DNA of 64,000 nucleotides, taken from positions 140,120,001 through 140,184,000 of the forward strand of contig OZ024743.1 of NCBI GenBank assembly GCA_964016885.1, read 5' to 3'. Below the pieces are notes generated by a model, which was given only the letters and a program-made list of their open reading frames with translations, was not told the DNA's origin and made no database searches. A program made the translations under genes and the position numbers. Source of the stretch: Eledone cirrhosa (taxonomy: Eukaryota). Position 1 is the first letter of the stretch. Every line of letters starts with the position of its first letter. Positions 13,580 to 23,700 of this stretch are shown one piece after another.

Positions 13580-15930
13580 TGATTTTTTTTTTACAAATTA
13601 TCTCCGCCTGATTTTTTTTAAAAAATTATCTCCCCTTGGACGGCTGGAAATTATCTCCCCTTGGACGGCTGGAAATTATCTCCCCTTGGACGGCTAGAAA
13701 TTACCTCTCCTTGGACGGCTGAAAATTATCTCCCCTTGATTTTTTTTACAAATTATCTCCCCCTGATTTTTTTTACAAATTATCTCCCCCTGATTTTTTT
13801 TTTACAAATTATCTCCCCCTGATTTTTTTACAAATTATCTCCCCCTGATTTATTTTACAAATTATCTCCGCCTGATTTTTTTAAATATTATCTTACCTTG
13901 GCTGGCGGGAAATAATCTCCCCTTGGACGGCTGGAAATTATCTCCCCTTGGAAGGATGGAAATTATCTCCCCTTGGACGGCTGGAAATTATCTCCCCTTG
14001 CACGGCTGGAAATTATCTCCCCTTGGACGGCTGGAAATTATCTCCCCTTGGCTGGAAATTATCTCCCCTTGGACGGCTAGAAATTATCTCTCTTTGGACG
14101 GCTGGAAATTATCTCCCCTTGATTTTTTTTACAAATTATCTCCCCCTGATTTTTTTTACAAATCTCCCAGTGATTTTTAAAAAAAAATTATCTCCCTTTC
14201 GCTGGCTGGAAATTATCTCCCCTTGGACGCTGGAAATTATAGCCCCTTGGAGGGCTGGAAATTATCTTCCCTTGGACGGCTGAAAATTATCTCCCCTTGA
14301 TTTTTTTTACATATTATCTCCCCCTGATTTTTTTTTACAAATTATCTCCCCGATTTTTTTTTACAAATTATCTCCCCCTGATTTTTTTTTTACAAATTAT
14401 CTCCGCCTGATTTTTTAAAAAAAATTATCTCCCTTTGGACGGCTGGAAATTATCTCCCCTTGGACGGCTGGAAATTATCTCCCCTTGGACGGCTAGAAAT
14501 TACCTCTCCTTGGACGGCTGAAAATGATCTCCCCTTGGACGGCTGGAAATTATCTCCCCTTGATTTTTTTTACAAATTATCGCCCCCTGATTTTTTTTTA
14601 CAAATTATCTCCCCCTGATTTTTTTACAAATTATCTCCCCTTGGCTGGCTGGAAATTATCTCCCCTTGGAGGCTGGAATTTATCTCCCCTTGGACGGCTG
14701 GAAATTATCTCCCCTTGGACGGCTAGAAATTACCTCTCCTTGGACGGCTGGAAATCATCTCCCCTTGAACGGCTGGAAATTATCTCCCCTTGGACGGCTG
14801 GAAATTATCTCCCCTTGGACGGCTGGAAATTATTTCCCCTTGATTTTTTTTACAAATTATCTCCCCCTGATTTTTTTTGCAAATCTCCCCCTAATTTAAA
14901 AAAAAATTATCTCCCCTTCGCTGGCTGGAAATTATCTCCCTTTGGACGGCTGGAAATTATAGCTGCTTGTAGGGCTGGAAATTATCTCCCCTTGGACGGC
15001 TGGAAATTATCTCCCCCTGATTTTTTTTTACAAATTATCTCCGCCTGATTTTTTTTTACAAATTATCTCCGCCTGATTTTTTTTAAAAATCCTTGGCTGG
15101 ATTTAAATTTTCTCCCCTTGGACGGCTGGAAATTATCTCACCTTTATGTCTTCTACAAATTATCTACCCCTGATTTTTTTTTTACAAATTATCTCTCCCT
15201 GATTTTTTTTACAAATATCTCCCCTTGGCTGGCTGGAAATTATCTCCCCTTGGCTGGCTGGAAATTATCTCCCCTTGGACGGCTGGAAATTATCTCCCTT
15301 TGGACGCCTAGAAATTACCTCTCCTTGGACAGCTGTAAATTATCTCCCCTTGGACGGCTGGAAATTATCTCGCCTTGGACGGTTGGAAATTATCTCCCCT
15401 TGATTTTGTATACAAATTATCTCCCCCTGATTTTTTTTTACAAATTATCTGCCCCTGATTATTTTTTTACAAATTAGCTCCGCCTGATTTTTTTTTTAAA
15501 TTATCTCCCCTTGGACGGCTGGAAATTATCTCCCCTTGGACGGCTGGAAATTATCTCCCCTTGAACGGCTAGAAATTACCTCTCCTTGGACGGCTGAAAA
15601 TTATCTCCCCTTGGACGGCTGGAAATTATCTCCCCTTGATTTTTTTACAAATTATCTCCCCCTGATTTTTTTTTTACAAATTATCTCCCCCTGATTTTTT
15701 TTTCCAAATTATCTACCCCTGATTTTTTTTTCCAAATTATCTCCCCCTGATTTTTTTTTACAAATTATCTCCCCCTGTTTTTTTTTACAAATTATTTCCC
15801 CCTGATTTTTTTACAAATTATCTCCCCCTGATTTTTTTTACAAATTATCTCCGCCTGATTTTTTTAAATATTATCTTCCCTTGGCTGGCGGGAAATTATC
15901 TCCCCTTGGACGCCTGGAAATTATCTCCCC
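13580..15930. repeat. Array 1 duplicate of ~5,500-7,730 (offset ~8.1 kb, with monomer-scale indels)
   Basis: ORFs 6564/14666 are identical (offset 8,102) and 6996/15118 are related. Shared variants include GATTTATTTTAC, CTTACCTTGG...AAATAATC, AAATCATCTCC, TTTTGCAAATC and CTCACCTTTATG. Confidence 0.85.
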
Positions 15931-16676
15931 TTGGAAGGATGGAAATTATCTCCCCTTGGACGGCTGGAAATTATCTCCCCTTGCACTGCTGGAAATTATC
16001 TCCCCTTGCACTGCTGGAAATTATCTGCCCTTGATTTTGTTTTTACAAATTATGTTCCCCTGATTTTTTTTACAAATTATCTCCCCCTGATTTTTTAAAA
16101 AATTATCTCCCCTTGGACGGCTGGAAATTATCTCCCCTTGGCTGGAAATTATCTCCCCTTGGACGGCTAGAAATTATCTCTCTTTGGACGGCTGGAAATT
16201 ATCTCCCCTTGATTTTTTTTACAAATTATCTCCGCCTGATTTTTTTTTACAAATTATCTCCCCCTGATTTTTTTTTTACAAATTATCTCCCCCTGATTTT
16301 TTTTTACAAATTATCTCCCCCTGATTTTTTTTTTACAAATTATCTCCCCCTGATTTTTTTACAAATTATCTCCCCCTGATTTTTTTTACAAATTATCTCC
16401 GCCTGATTTTTTTAAATATTATCTTCCCTTGGCTGGCGGGAAATTATCTGCCCTTGGACGGCTGGAAATTATCTCCCTTTGGAAGGATGGAAATTATCTC
16501 CCCTTGGGCGGCTGGAAATTATCTCCCTTTGCACGGCTGGAAATTATCTCCCCTTGGACGGCTGGAAATTTGATTTTGTTTTTACAAATTATCTCCCCCT
16601 GATTTTTTTTACAAATTATCTCCACCTGATTTTTTTAAAAATTATCTCCTCTTGAACGGCTGGAAATTATCTCCCC

Positions 16677-16680
16677 TTGG
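16677..16680. other. Satellite-satellite junction with shared TTGG microhomology and no spacer
   Basis: The sequence reads ...AAATTATCTCCCC-TTGG-TGCTTGGTGCTTGGTGATTAG... The TTGG belongs equally to the array-1 repeat (CCCCTTGG) and to the start of a heptamer (TTGGTGC). Confidence 0.95.
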
Positions 16681-19600
16681 TGCTTGGTGCTTGGTGATTA
16701 GTGTTTTGTGCTTGGTGCTTGGGGTTTGCTGTTTGGTACTTGGTGTTTGGTGCTTGGTGCTTGGTGTTTGGTGTTTGGTGTTTGGTGCTTGGTGTCTGGT
16801 GTTTGGTGTTTGGTGTTTGGTGCTTGGTGCTTGGTGTTTGGGTTTTGGTGCTTGGTTGTTGGTGTTTGGTGTTTGGTGCTTGGTGTTTGGTGTTTGGTGC
16901 TTGGTGTTTGGTGCTTGGTGCTTGGTGTTTGGTGTTGGTTCTTGGTGTTTGGTGATTGGTGCTTGGTGCTTGGTGTTTGGTGCTTGGTGCTTGGTGTTTG
17001 GTACTTGGTGCTTGGTGTTTGGTGTTTGGTGCTTGGTGTTTGGTGCTTGGTGCTTGGTGCTTGGTGTTAAGTGTTTGGTGCTTGGTGCTTGGTCTTTGGT
17101 GCTTCGTGCTTGGTGCTTGGTGTTTGGTGCATGGTGCTTGGTGTTTGGTGCTTGGTGCCTGGTGCTTGGTGTCTGGTGCTTGGTGATTGGTGCTTGGTGT
17201 TTGGTGCTTGGTGTTCGGTGCTTGGTGCTTGGTGTTTGGTGCTTGGTGTTTGGTGCTTGGTGTTCGGTGCTTGGTGCTTGGTGCTTGGTGCTTGGTGTTA
17301 GGTGTTTGGTGCTTGGTGCTTGGTGTTTGGTGTTTGGTGCTTGCTGCTTGCTGCTTGGTGTTTGGTGCTTGGTGATTGGTGCTTGGTGTTTGGTGTTTGT
17401 GCTTGGTGTTTGGTGTTTGCTGCTAGGTGCTTGGTGCTTGGTGCTTGGTGTTTGGTGCTTGGTGCTTGGTGTTTGGTGTTTGGTGCTTGGTGCTTGGGGC
17501 ATAGTGTTTGGTGATTGGTGCTTGGTGCTTGGTGTTTGGTGCTTGGTGCTTGGTGTTTGGTACTTGGTGCTTGGTGTTTGGTGTTTGGTGCTTTGTGTTT
17601 GGTGCTTGGTGCTTGGTGCTTGGTGTTAAGTGTTTGGTGCTTGGTGCTTGGTGTTAGGTGCTTCGTGCTTGGTGCTTGGTGTTTGGTGCATGGTGCTTGG
17701 TGTTTGGTGCTTGGTGCCTGGTCCTTGGTTGTTTGGTTCTTGGTGTTTGGTGCTTGGTGCTTGGTGCTTGGTGTTCGGTGCTTTGTGCTTGGTGCTTGGT
17801 GCTTGGTGCTTGGTGTTTGATGTTTGGTCCTTGGTGCTTGGTGTTTGGTGTTTTGTGCTTGGTGCTTGGTGCTTGGTGTTTGGTGCTTGGTGCTTGGTGC
17901 TTGGTGTTTGGCGTTTGCTGTTTGCTGTTTGCTGTTTGATGTTTGCTGTTTGGTGTTTGCTGTTTGGTGTTTGGTGTTTGGTGCTTGCTGTTTGGTGCTT
18001 GGTGCTTGGTGTTTGGTGTTTGGTGTTTGGTGCCTGGTGCTTGGTGTTTGGTGCTTGGTGTTTGGTGCTTGGTGCTTGGTGTCTGGTCCTTGGTGCTTGG
18101 TGCTTGCTCTTTGGTGCTTGGGGTTTGGTGTTTGGTGCTTGGTGCTTGGTGTTTGGTGCTTGCTGCTTGGTGATTAGTGTTTGGTGATTGGTGCTTGGGG
18201 TTTGGTGTTTGGTGCTTGGTGTTTGGTGCTTGGTGCTTGCTGTTTGGTGTTTGGTGTTTGGTTCTTGGTGCTTAGTGTTTGGTGTTTGGTGTTTGGTGCT
18301 TGGTGCCTGGTGCTTGGTGTTTGGTGTTTGCTGTTTGGTGTCTGCTTTTTGGTGTTTGGTGTTTTGTGCTTGGTGCCTGGTGTTTGGCATTTGGTGCTTG
18401 GTGCTTGGTGTTTGGTGCTTGGTGCTTGGTTTTTGGTGTTTGGTGCTTGGTACCTGGTGCTTGTTGTTTGGTGTTTGGTGCTTGGTGCTTGGTGCTTGGT
18501 GTTTGGTGCCTGGTGTCTGGTGTTTGGTGCTTGGTGTTTGGTGTTTGGTGGTTGGTGCTTGGTGTTTGGTGCTTGGTGTTTGGTGTTTGGTGTTTGATGC
18601 TTGGTGTGTGCTGCTTGGTGCTTGGTGCTTGGTGTTTTGTGTTTGGTGTTTGGTTCTTGGTGCTTGGTGGTTGGTGCTTGGTGCTTGGTGCTGGGTGGTT
18701 TGCGTTTGGTGCTTGGTGCTTGGTGTTTGGTGCTTGGTGCTTGGTGCTTGGTGTTTGTTGCTTGGTGCTTGGTGCTTGGTCTTTGGTGCTTGGTGTTTGG
18801 TGTCTGGTGCTTGGTGCTTGGTGTTTGGTGCTTGGTGCTGGGTGATTAGTGTTTGGTGCTTGGTGCTTGGGGTTTGGTGTTTGGTGCTTGGTGCTTGGTG
18901 TTTAGTGCTTGGTGCTTGGTGTTTGGTGCTTGGTGTTTGGTGTTTTCTGTTTGGTGTTTGGTGTTTGGTGTTTGGTGTTTGCTGTTTGGTGTCTGCTTTT
19001 TGGTGTTTGGTGTTTGCTGTATGGTGTTTGCTGTTTGCTGTTTGGTGTTTGGTGCTTGGTGCTTGGTGTTTGGTGTTTGGTGCTTGGTGCTTGGTGTTTG
19101 GTGCTTAGTGCTTGGTGTTTGGTGTTTGGTGCTTGGTGCCTGGTGCTTGATGTTTGGTGTTTGGTGCTTGGTGCTTGATGTTTGGTGTTTGGTGCTTGGT
19201 GTCTGGTGTTTGGTGCTTGGTGTTTGGTGTTTGGTGCTTGGTGCTTGGTGTTTGGTGTTTGGTGCTTGGTGCTTGGTGTTTGGTGTTTGGTGTTTGGTGC
19301 TTGGTGCTTGGTGCTTGGTGATTTGTGTTTGGAGCTTGGTGCTTGGTGTTTGGTGCTTCGGTCTTCATGCTTGGTGTTTCTTGCTTGGTGCTTGGTGTTT
19401 GGTGCTTGGTGCCTGGTGCTTGGTGTTTGGTGTTTGCTGTTTGGTGTCTGCTTTTTGGTGTTTGGTGTTTTGTGCTTGGTGCCTGGTGTTTGGCATTTGG
19501 TGCTTGGTGCTTGGTGTTTGGTGACTGGTGCTTGGTTTTTGGTGTTTGGTGCTTGGTACCTGGTGCTTGTTGTTTGGTGTTTGGTGCTTGGTGCTTGGTG

Positions 19601-19859
19601 CTTGGTGTTTGGTGCCTGGTGTCTGGTGTTTGGTGCTTGGTGTTTGGTGTTTGGTGGTTGGTGCTTGGTGTTTGGTGTTTGGTGCTGGGTGCTTGGAGGT
19701 TGGTGCTTGGTGCTTGGTGCTTAGTACTTGGTGTTTGGTGTTTGGTGCTTGGTGTTTGGTGTTTGGTGTTTGATGCTTGGTGTGTGCTGCTTGGTGCTTG
19801 GTGCTTGGTGTTTTGTGTTTGGTGTTTGGTGCTTGGTGCCTGGTTCTTGGTGCTTGGTG

Positions 19860-20735
19860 CTTGTTGTTTGGTGCTTGGTGCTTGGTGATTAGTGTTTGGT
19901 GCTTGGTGCTTGGGGTTTGCTGTTTGGTGCTTGGTGTTTGGTGCTTGGTGCTTGGTGTTTGGTGTTTGGTGTTTGGTGCTTCTTGTCTGGTGTTTGGTGT
20001 TTGGTGTTTGGTGCTTGGTGCTTGGTGTTTGGGTTTTGGTGCTTGGTTGTTGGTGTTTGGTGTTTGGTGCTTGGTGTTTGGTGTTTGGTGCTTGGTGTTT
20101 GGTGCTGGGTGCTTGGTGCTTGGTGTTTGGTGCTGGGTGCTTGGTGTTTGGTGCTTGGTGCTTGGTGCTTGGTGCTTGGTGTTTGGTGTTTGGTACTTGG
20201 TGCTTGGTGTTTGGTGTTTGATGCTTGGTGTTTGATGCTTTTTGCTGGGTGCTTGTTGTTTTGTGTTTGGTGTTTGGTGCTTGGTGTATGTACTAGGTGC
20301 TTGTTGTTTGGTGCTTGGTGCTTGGTGATTAGTGTTTGGTGCTTGGTGCTTGGGGTTTGCTGTTTGGTGCTTGGTGTTTGGTGCTTGGTGCTTGGTGTTT
20401 GGTGTTTGGTGTTTGGTGCTTCTTGTCTGGTGTTTGGTGTTTGGTGTTTGGTGCTTGGTGCTTGGTGTTTGGGTTTTGGTGCTTGGTTGTTGGTGTTTGG
20501 TGTTTGGTGCTTGGTGTTTGGTGTTTGGTGCTTGGTGTTTGGTGCTGGGTTCTTGGTGCTTGGTGTTTGGTGCTGGGTGCTTGGTGTTTGGTGCTTGGTG
20601 CTTGGTGCTTGGTGCTTGGTGTTTGGTGTTTGGTACTTGGTGCTTGGTGTTTGGTGTTTGATGCTTGGTGTTTGATGCTTTTTGCTGGGTGCTTGTTGTT
20701 TTGTGTTTGGTGTTTGGTGCTTGGTGTATGTACTA
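19860..20735. repeat. Array 2 tandem duplication, 440-bp unit
   Basis: ORF pairs 19892/20332 and 19896/20336 differ by 440. The markers GCTTCTTGTCTGG, GATGCTTTTTGCTGGG and GTATGTACTAGG each occur twice, 440 bp apart. Confidence 0.9.
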
Positions 20736-23700
20736 GGTGCTTGGTGCTTGGTGTTTGGTGTTGGTTCTTGGTGTTTGGTGATTGGTGCTTGGTGCTTGGT
20801 GTTTGGTGCTTGGTGCTTGGTGTTTGGTACTTGGTGCTTGGTGTTTGGTGTTTGGTGCTTGGTGTTTGGTGCTTGGTGCTTGGTGCTTGGTGTTAAGTGT
20901 TTGGTGCTTGGTGCTTGGTCTTTGGTGCTTCGTGCTTGGTGCTTGGTGTTTGGTGCATGGTGCTTGGTGTTTGGTGCTTGGTGCCTGGTGCTTGGTGTCT
21001 GGTGCTTGGTGATTGGTGCTTGGTGTTTGGTGCTTGGTGTTCGGTGCTTGGTGCTTGGTGCTTGGTGTTTGATGTTGGGTCCTTGGTGCTTGGTGTTTGG
21101 TGTTTGGTGCTTGGTGTTTGGTGTTTGGTGCTTGCTGCTTGCTGCTTGTTTTGTTCTTTGTGATTGGTGCTTGGTGTTTGGTGCTTGGTGCTTGGTGCTT
21201 GGTGTTAAGTGTTTGGTGCTTGGTGCTTGGTGTTTGATGTTTGGTGCTTGGTGCTTGGTGTTTGTTGTTTGGTGCTTGGTGCTTGGTGTTTGGTGTTTGG
21301 TGCTTGCTGCTTGCTCCTTGGTGTTTGGTGCTTGGTGATTGGTGCTTGGTATTTTGTGCTTGGTGCTTGGTGTTTGGTGTTTGGTGCTAGGGGCTTGGTG
21401 CTTGGTGCTTGGTGTTTGGTGCTTGGTGCTTGCTGTTTGGTGTTTGGTGCTTGGTGCGTGGGAATTCGTGTTTGGTGTTTGGTGCTTGGTGTTTGGTGCT
21501 TGGTGTTTGGGGCATGGTGTTCGGTGCTTGGTGCTTGGTGCTTGGTGCTTGGTGTTTGGTGTTTGGTGCTTGGTGCTTGGTGTTTGATATTGGGTCCTTG
21601 GTGCTTGGTGTTTGGTGTTTGGTGCTTGGTGTTTGGTGTTTGGTGCTTGCTGCTTGCTGCTTGTTGTTTCGTTCTTTGTGATTGGTGCTTGGTGCTTGTT
21701 GTTTGGTGCTTGGTGCTTGGTGTTTGGTGTTTGGTGCTTGGTGCTTGGGGCTTGGTGTTTGGTGCTTGGTGCTTGGTGCTTGGTGTTTGGTGTTTGGTGC
21801 TTGGTGTTTGGTGCTTGGTGTTTGGTGCTGGGTGGTGGGTGTTTGGTGCTTGGTGCTTGGTGTTTGGTGCTTGGTGTTTGGTGCTTGTTGTTTGGTGCTT
21901 GGTGCTTGGTGCTTGGTCTTTGGTGCTTGGTGTTTGGCGTTTGGTGCTTGGTGCTTGGTGTTTGGTGCTTGGTGCTTGGTGCTTGGTGTTTGGTGCTTGG
22001 TGCTTGGTGATTAGTGTTTGTTGCTTGGTGCTTGGGGTTTGGTGGTTGGTGCTTGGTGCTTGGTGTTTTGTGTTTGGTATTTGGTGTTTTGTGTTTGCTG
22101 TTTGGTGTCTGCTTTTTGGTGTTTGGTGTTTGCTGTATGGTGTTTGCTGTTTCGTATTTGGTTTTTGCTGTTTGGTGTTTGGTGTTTGCTGTTTGGTGTT
22201 TGGTGCTTGGTGCTTGGTGTTTGGTGCTTGGTGCTTGGTGCTGGGTGTTTGGTGCTTGGTGCTTGGTGTTTGGTGCTTGGTGCTTGGTGTTTGGTCCTTG
22301 GTGTTTGGTGTTTGTTGCTTGGTGTTTGGTGTTTGTTACTTGGTGCTTGGTGCTTGGTGCTTGGTTTTTTTCATGCTTGGTGCTTGGTGCTTGGTGTTTG
22401 ATGCTGCGTGCTTGGTGTTTGGTGTTTGGGGCTTGGTGCTTGGTGTTTGGTGTTTGGTGCTTGGTGCCTGGTGCTTGTTGTTTAGTGTTTGGTGCTTGGT
22501 GCTTGGTGTTTGGTGTTTGGTGCTTGGTGCTTGGTATCTGGTATTTGGTGCTTGGTGTTTGGTGTTTGGTGCTTCGTGCTTGGTGCTTGGTTCCTGGTGC
22601 TTGGTGTTTGGTGCTTGGTGTTTGGTGCTTGGTGGTTGGTGTTTGGTGTTTGATGCTTGGTGTTTGCTGCTTGGTGCTTGGTGCTTGGTGTTTTGTGTTT
22701 GGTGCTTGGTGCTTGGTGCCTGGTGCTTGGTGCTTCGTTCTTGTTGTTTGGTGCTTGGTGCTTGGTGATTAGTGTTTGGTGCTTGGTGCTTGCGGTTTGG
22801 TGTTTGGTGCTTGGGGTTTGGTGTTTGGTGCTTGGTGCTTGGTGTTTGGTGCTTGGTGCTTGGTGCTTGGTGTTTGGTGCTTGTTGCTTGGTATTTGGTG
22901 CTTGGTGCTTGGTGTTTGGTGCTTGGTGTTTGGTGCTTGGTGCTTGGTGCTTGGTGCTTGGTGTAAGGTGTTTGGTGCTTGGTGCTTGTGCTTGATGTTT
23001 GGTCCTTGGTGCTTGGTGTTTGGTGTTTGGTTCTTGGTGCTTGGTGTTTGGTGTTTGGTGCTTGGTGCTTGGTGCTTGGTGTTTTGTGTTTGGAGCTTGG
23101 TGCTTGGTGTTTGGTGCTTCGGTCTTCATGCTTGGTGTTTCTTGCTTGGTGCTTGGTGTTTGGTGCTTGGTGCCTGGTGCTTGGTGTTTGGTGTTTGCTG
23201 ATTGGTGTCTGCTTTTTGGTGTTTGGTGTTTTGTGCTTGGTGCCTGGTGTTTGGCATTTGGTGCTTGGTGCTTGGTGTTTGGTGCTTGGTGCTTGGTTTT
23301 TGGTGTTTGGTGCTTGGTACCTGGTGCTTGTTGTTTGGTGTTTGGTGCTTGGTGCTTGGTGCTTGGTGTTTGGTGCCTGGTGTCTGGTGTTTGGTGCTTG
23401 GTGTTTGGTGTTTGGTGGTTGGTGCTTGGTGTTTGGTGTTTGGTGCTGGGTGTTTGGAGTTTGGTGCTTGGTGCTTGGTGTTTGGCGTTTGGTGTTTGAT
23501 GCTTGGTGTGTGCTGCTTGGTGCTTGGTGCTCGGTGTTTTGTGTTTGGTGTTTGGTGCTTGGTGCCTGGTTCTTGGTGCTTGGTGCTTGTTGTTTGGTGC
23601 TTGGTGCTTGGTGATTAGTGTTTTGTGCTTGGTGCTTGGGGTTTGCTGTTTGGTACTTGGTGTTTGGTGCTTGGTGCTTGGTGTTTGGTGTTTGGTGTTT

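Larger units (their letters stand above)
1..16680. repeat. Composite satellite array 1: interspersed 25-bp type A (GGACGGCTGGAAATTATCTCCCCTT) and ~26-29-bp type B (GA(T)nACAAATTATCTCCCCCT) monomers
   Basis: The core AAATTATCTCCCC recurs head-to-tail every ~21-29 bp from base 1 to 16,680, always in the same orientation. It is followed either by TTGGACGGCTGG or by (C/T)TGA plus a T-tract plus AC. The ORF track shows the 25-aa cycle LDGWKLSPLGRLEIISPWTAGNYLP expected from a 25-bp period. The array is truncated by the left window edge. Confidence 0.98.

Noticed and set aside
61-16379. Dozens of 60-195-aa ORFs in array 1 (LDGWKLSPLGRLEIISPWTAGNY...)
   Set aside because: The same peptide appears in all three frames because the period is 25 bp, and variable T-tracts shift the frame constantly. 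Most starts are non-ATG codons within the repeat, and no domain is recognisable.
340-16640. T-tracts following C-rich stretches as intrinsic terminators or phased bent DNA
   Set aside because: No GC-rich hairpin precedes the T runs and there is no upstream gene. The ~27-bp tract spacing is not a multiple of the ~10.5-bp helical repeat, so curvature should not add up.
1-16680. CRISPR-like pattern of a constant core separated by variable segments
   Set aside because: The core is only ~13-15 bp. The intervening 10-14-bp segments fall into two recurring families rather than unique spacers, and there is no leader or cas gene.
1-16680. Iteron, recombinase-site or integron attC-like array
   Set aside because: There are hundreds of copies with kb-scale HORs and no rep, integrase or cassette ORFs. 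The monomers lack the inverted-repeat structure of attC sites.
21458-21466. GTGGGAATT as a captured fragment of array 1 (compare CTGGGAATTA at 2,821)
   Set aside because: The match is only ~8 bp and the heptamer phase is preserved, which favours substitutions over an insertion.
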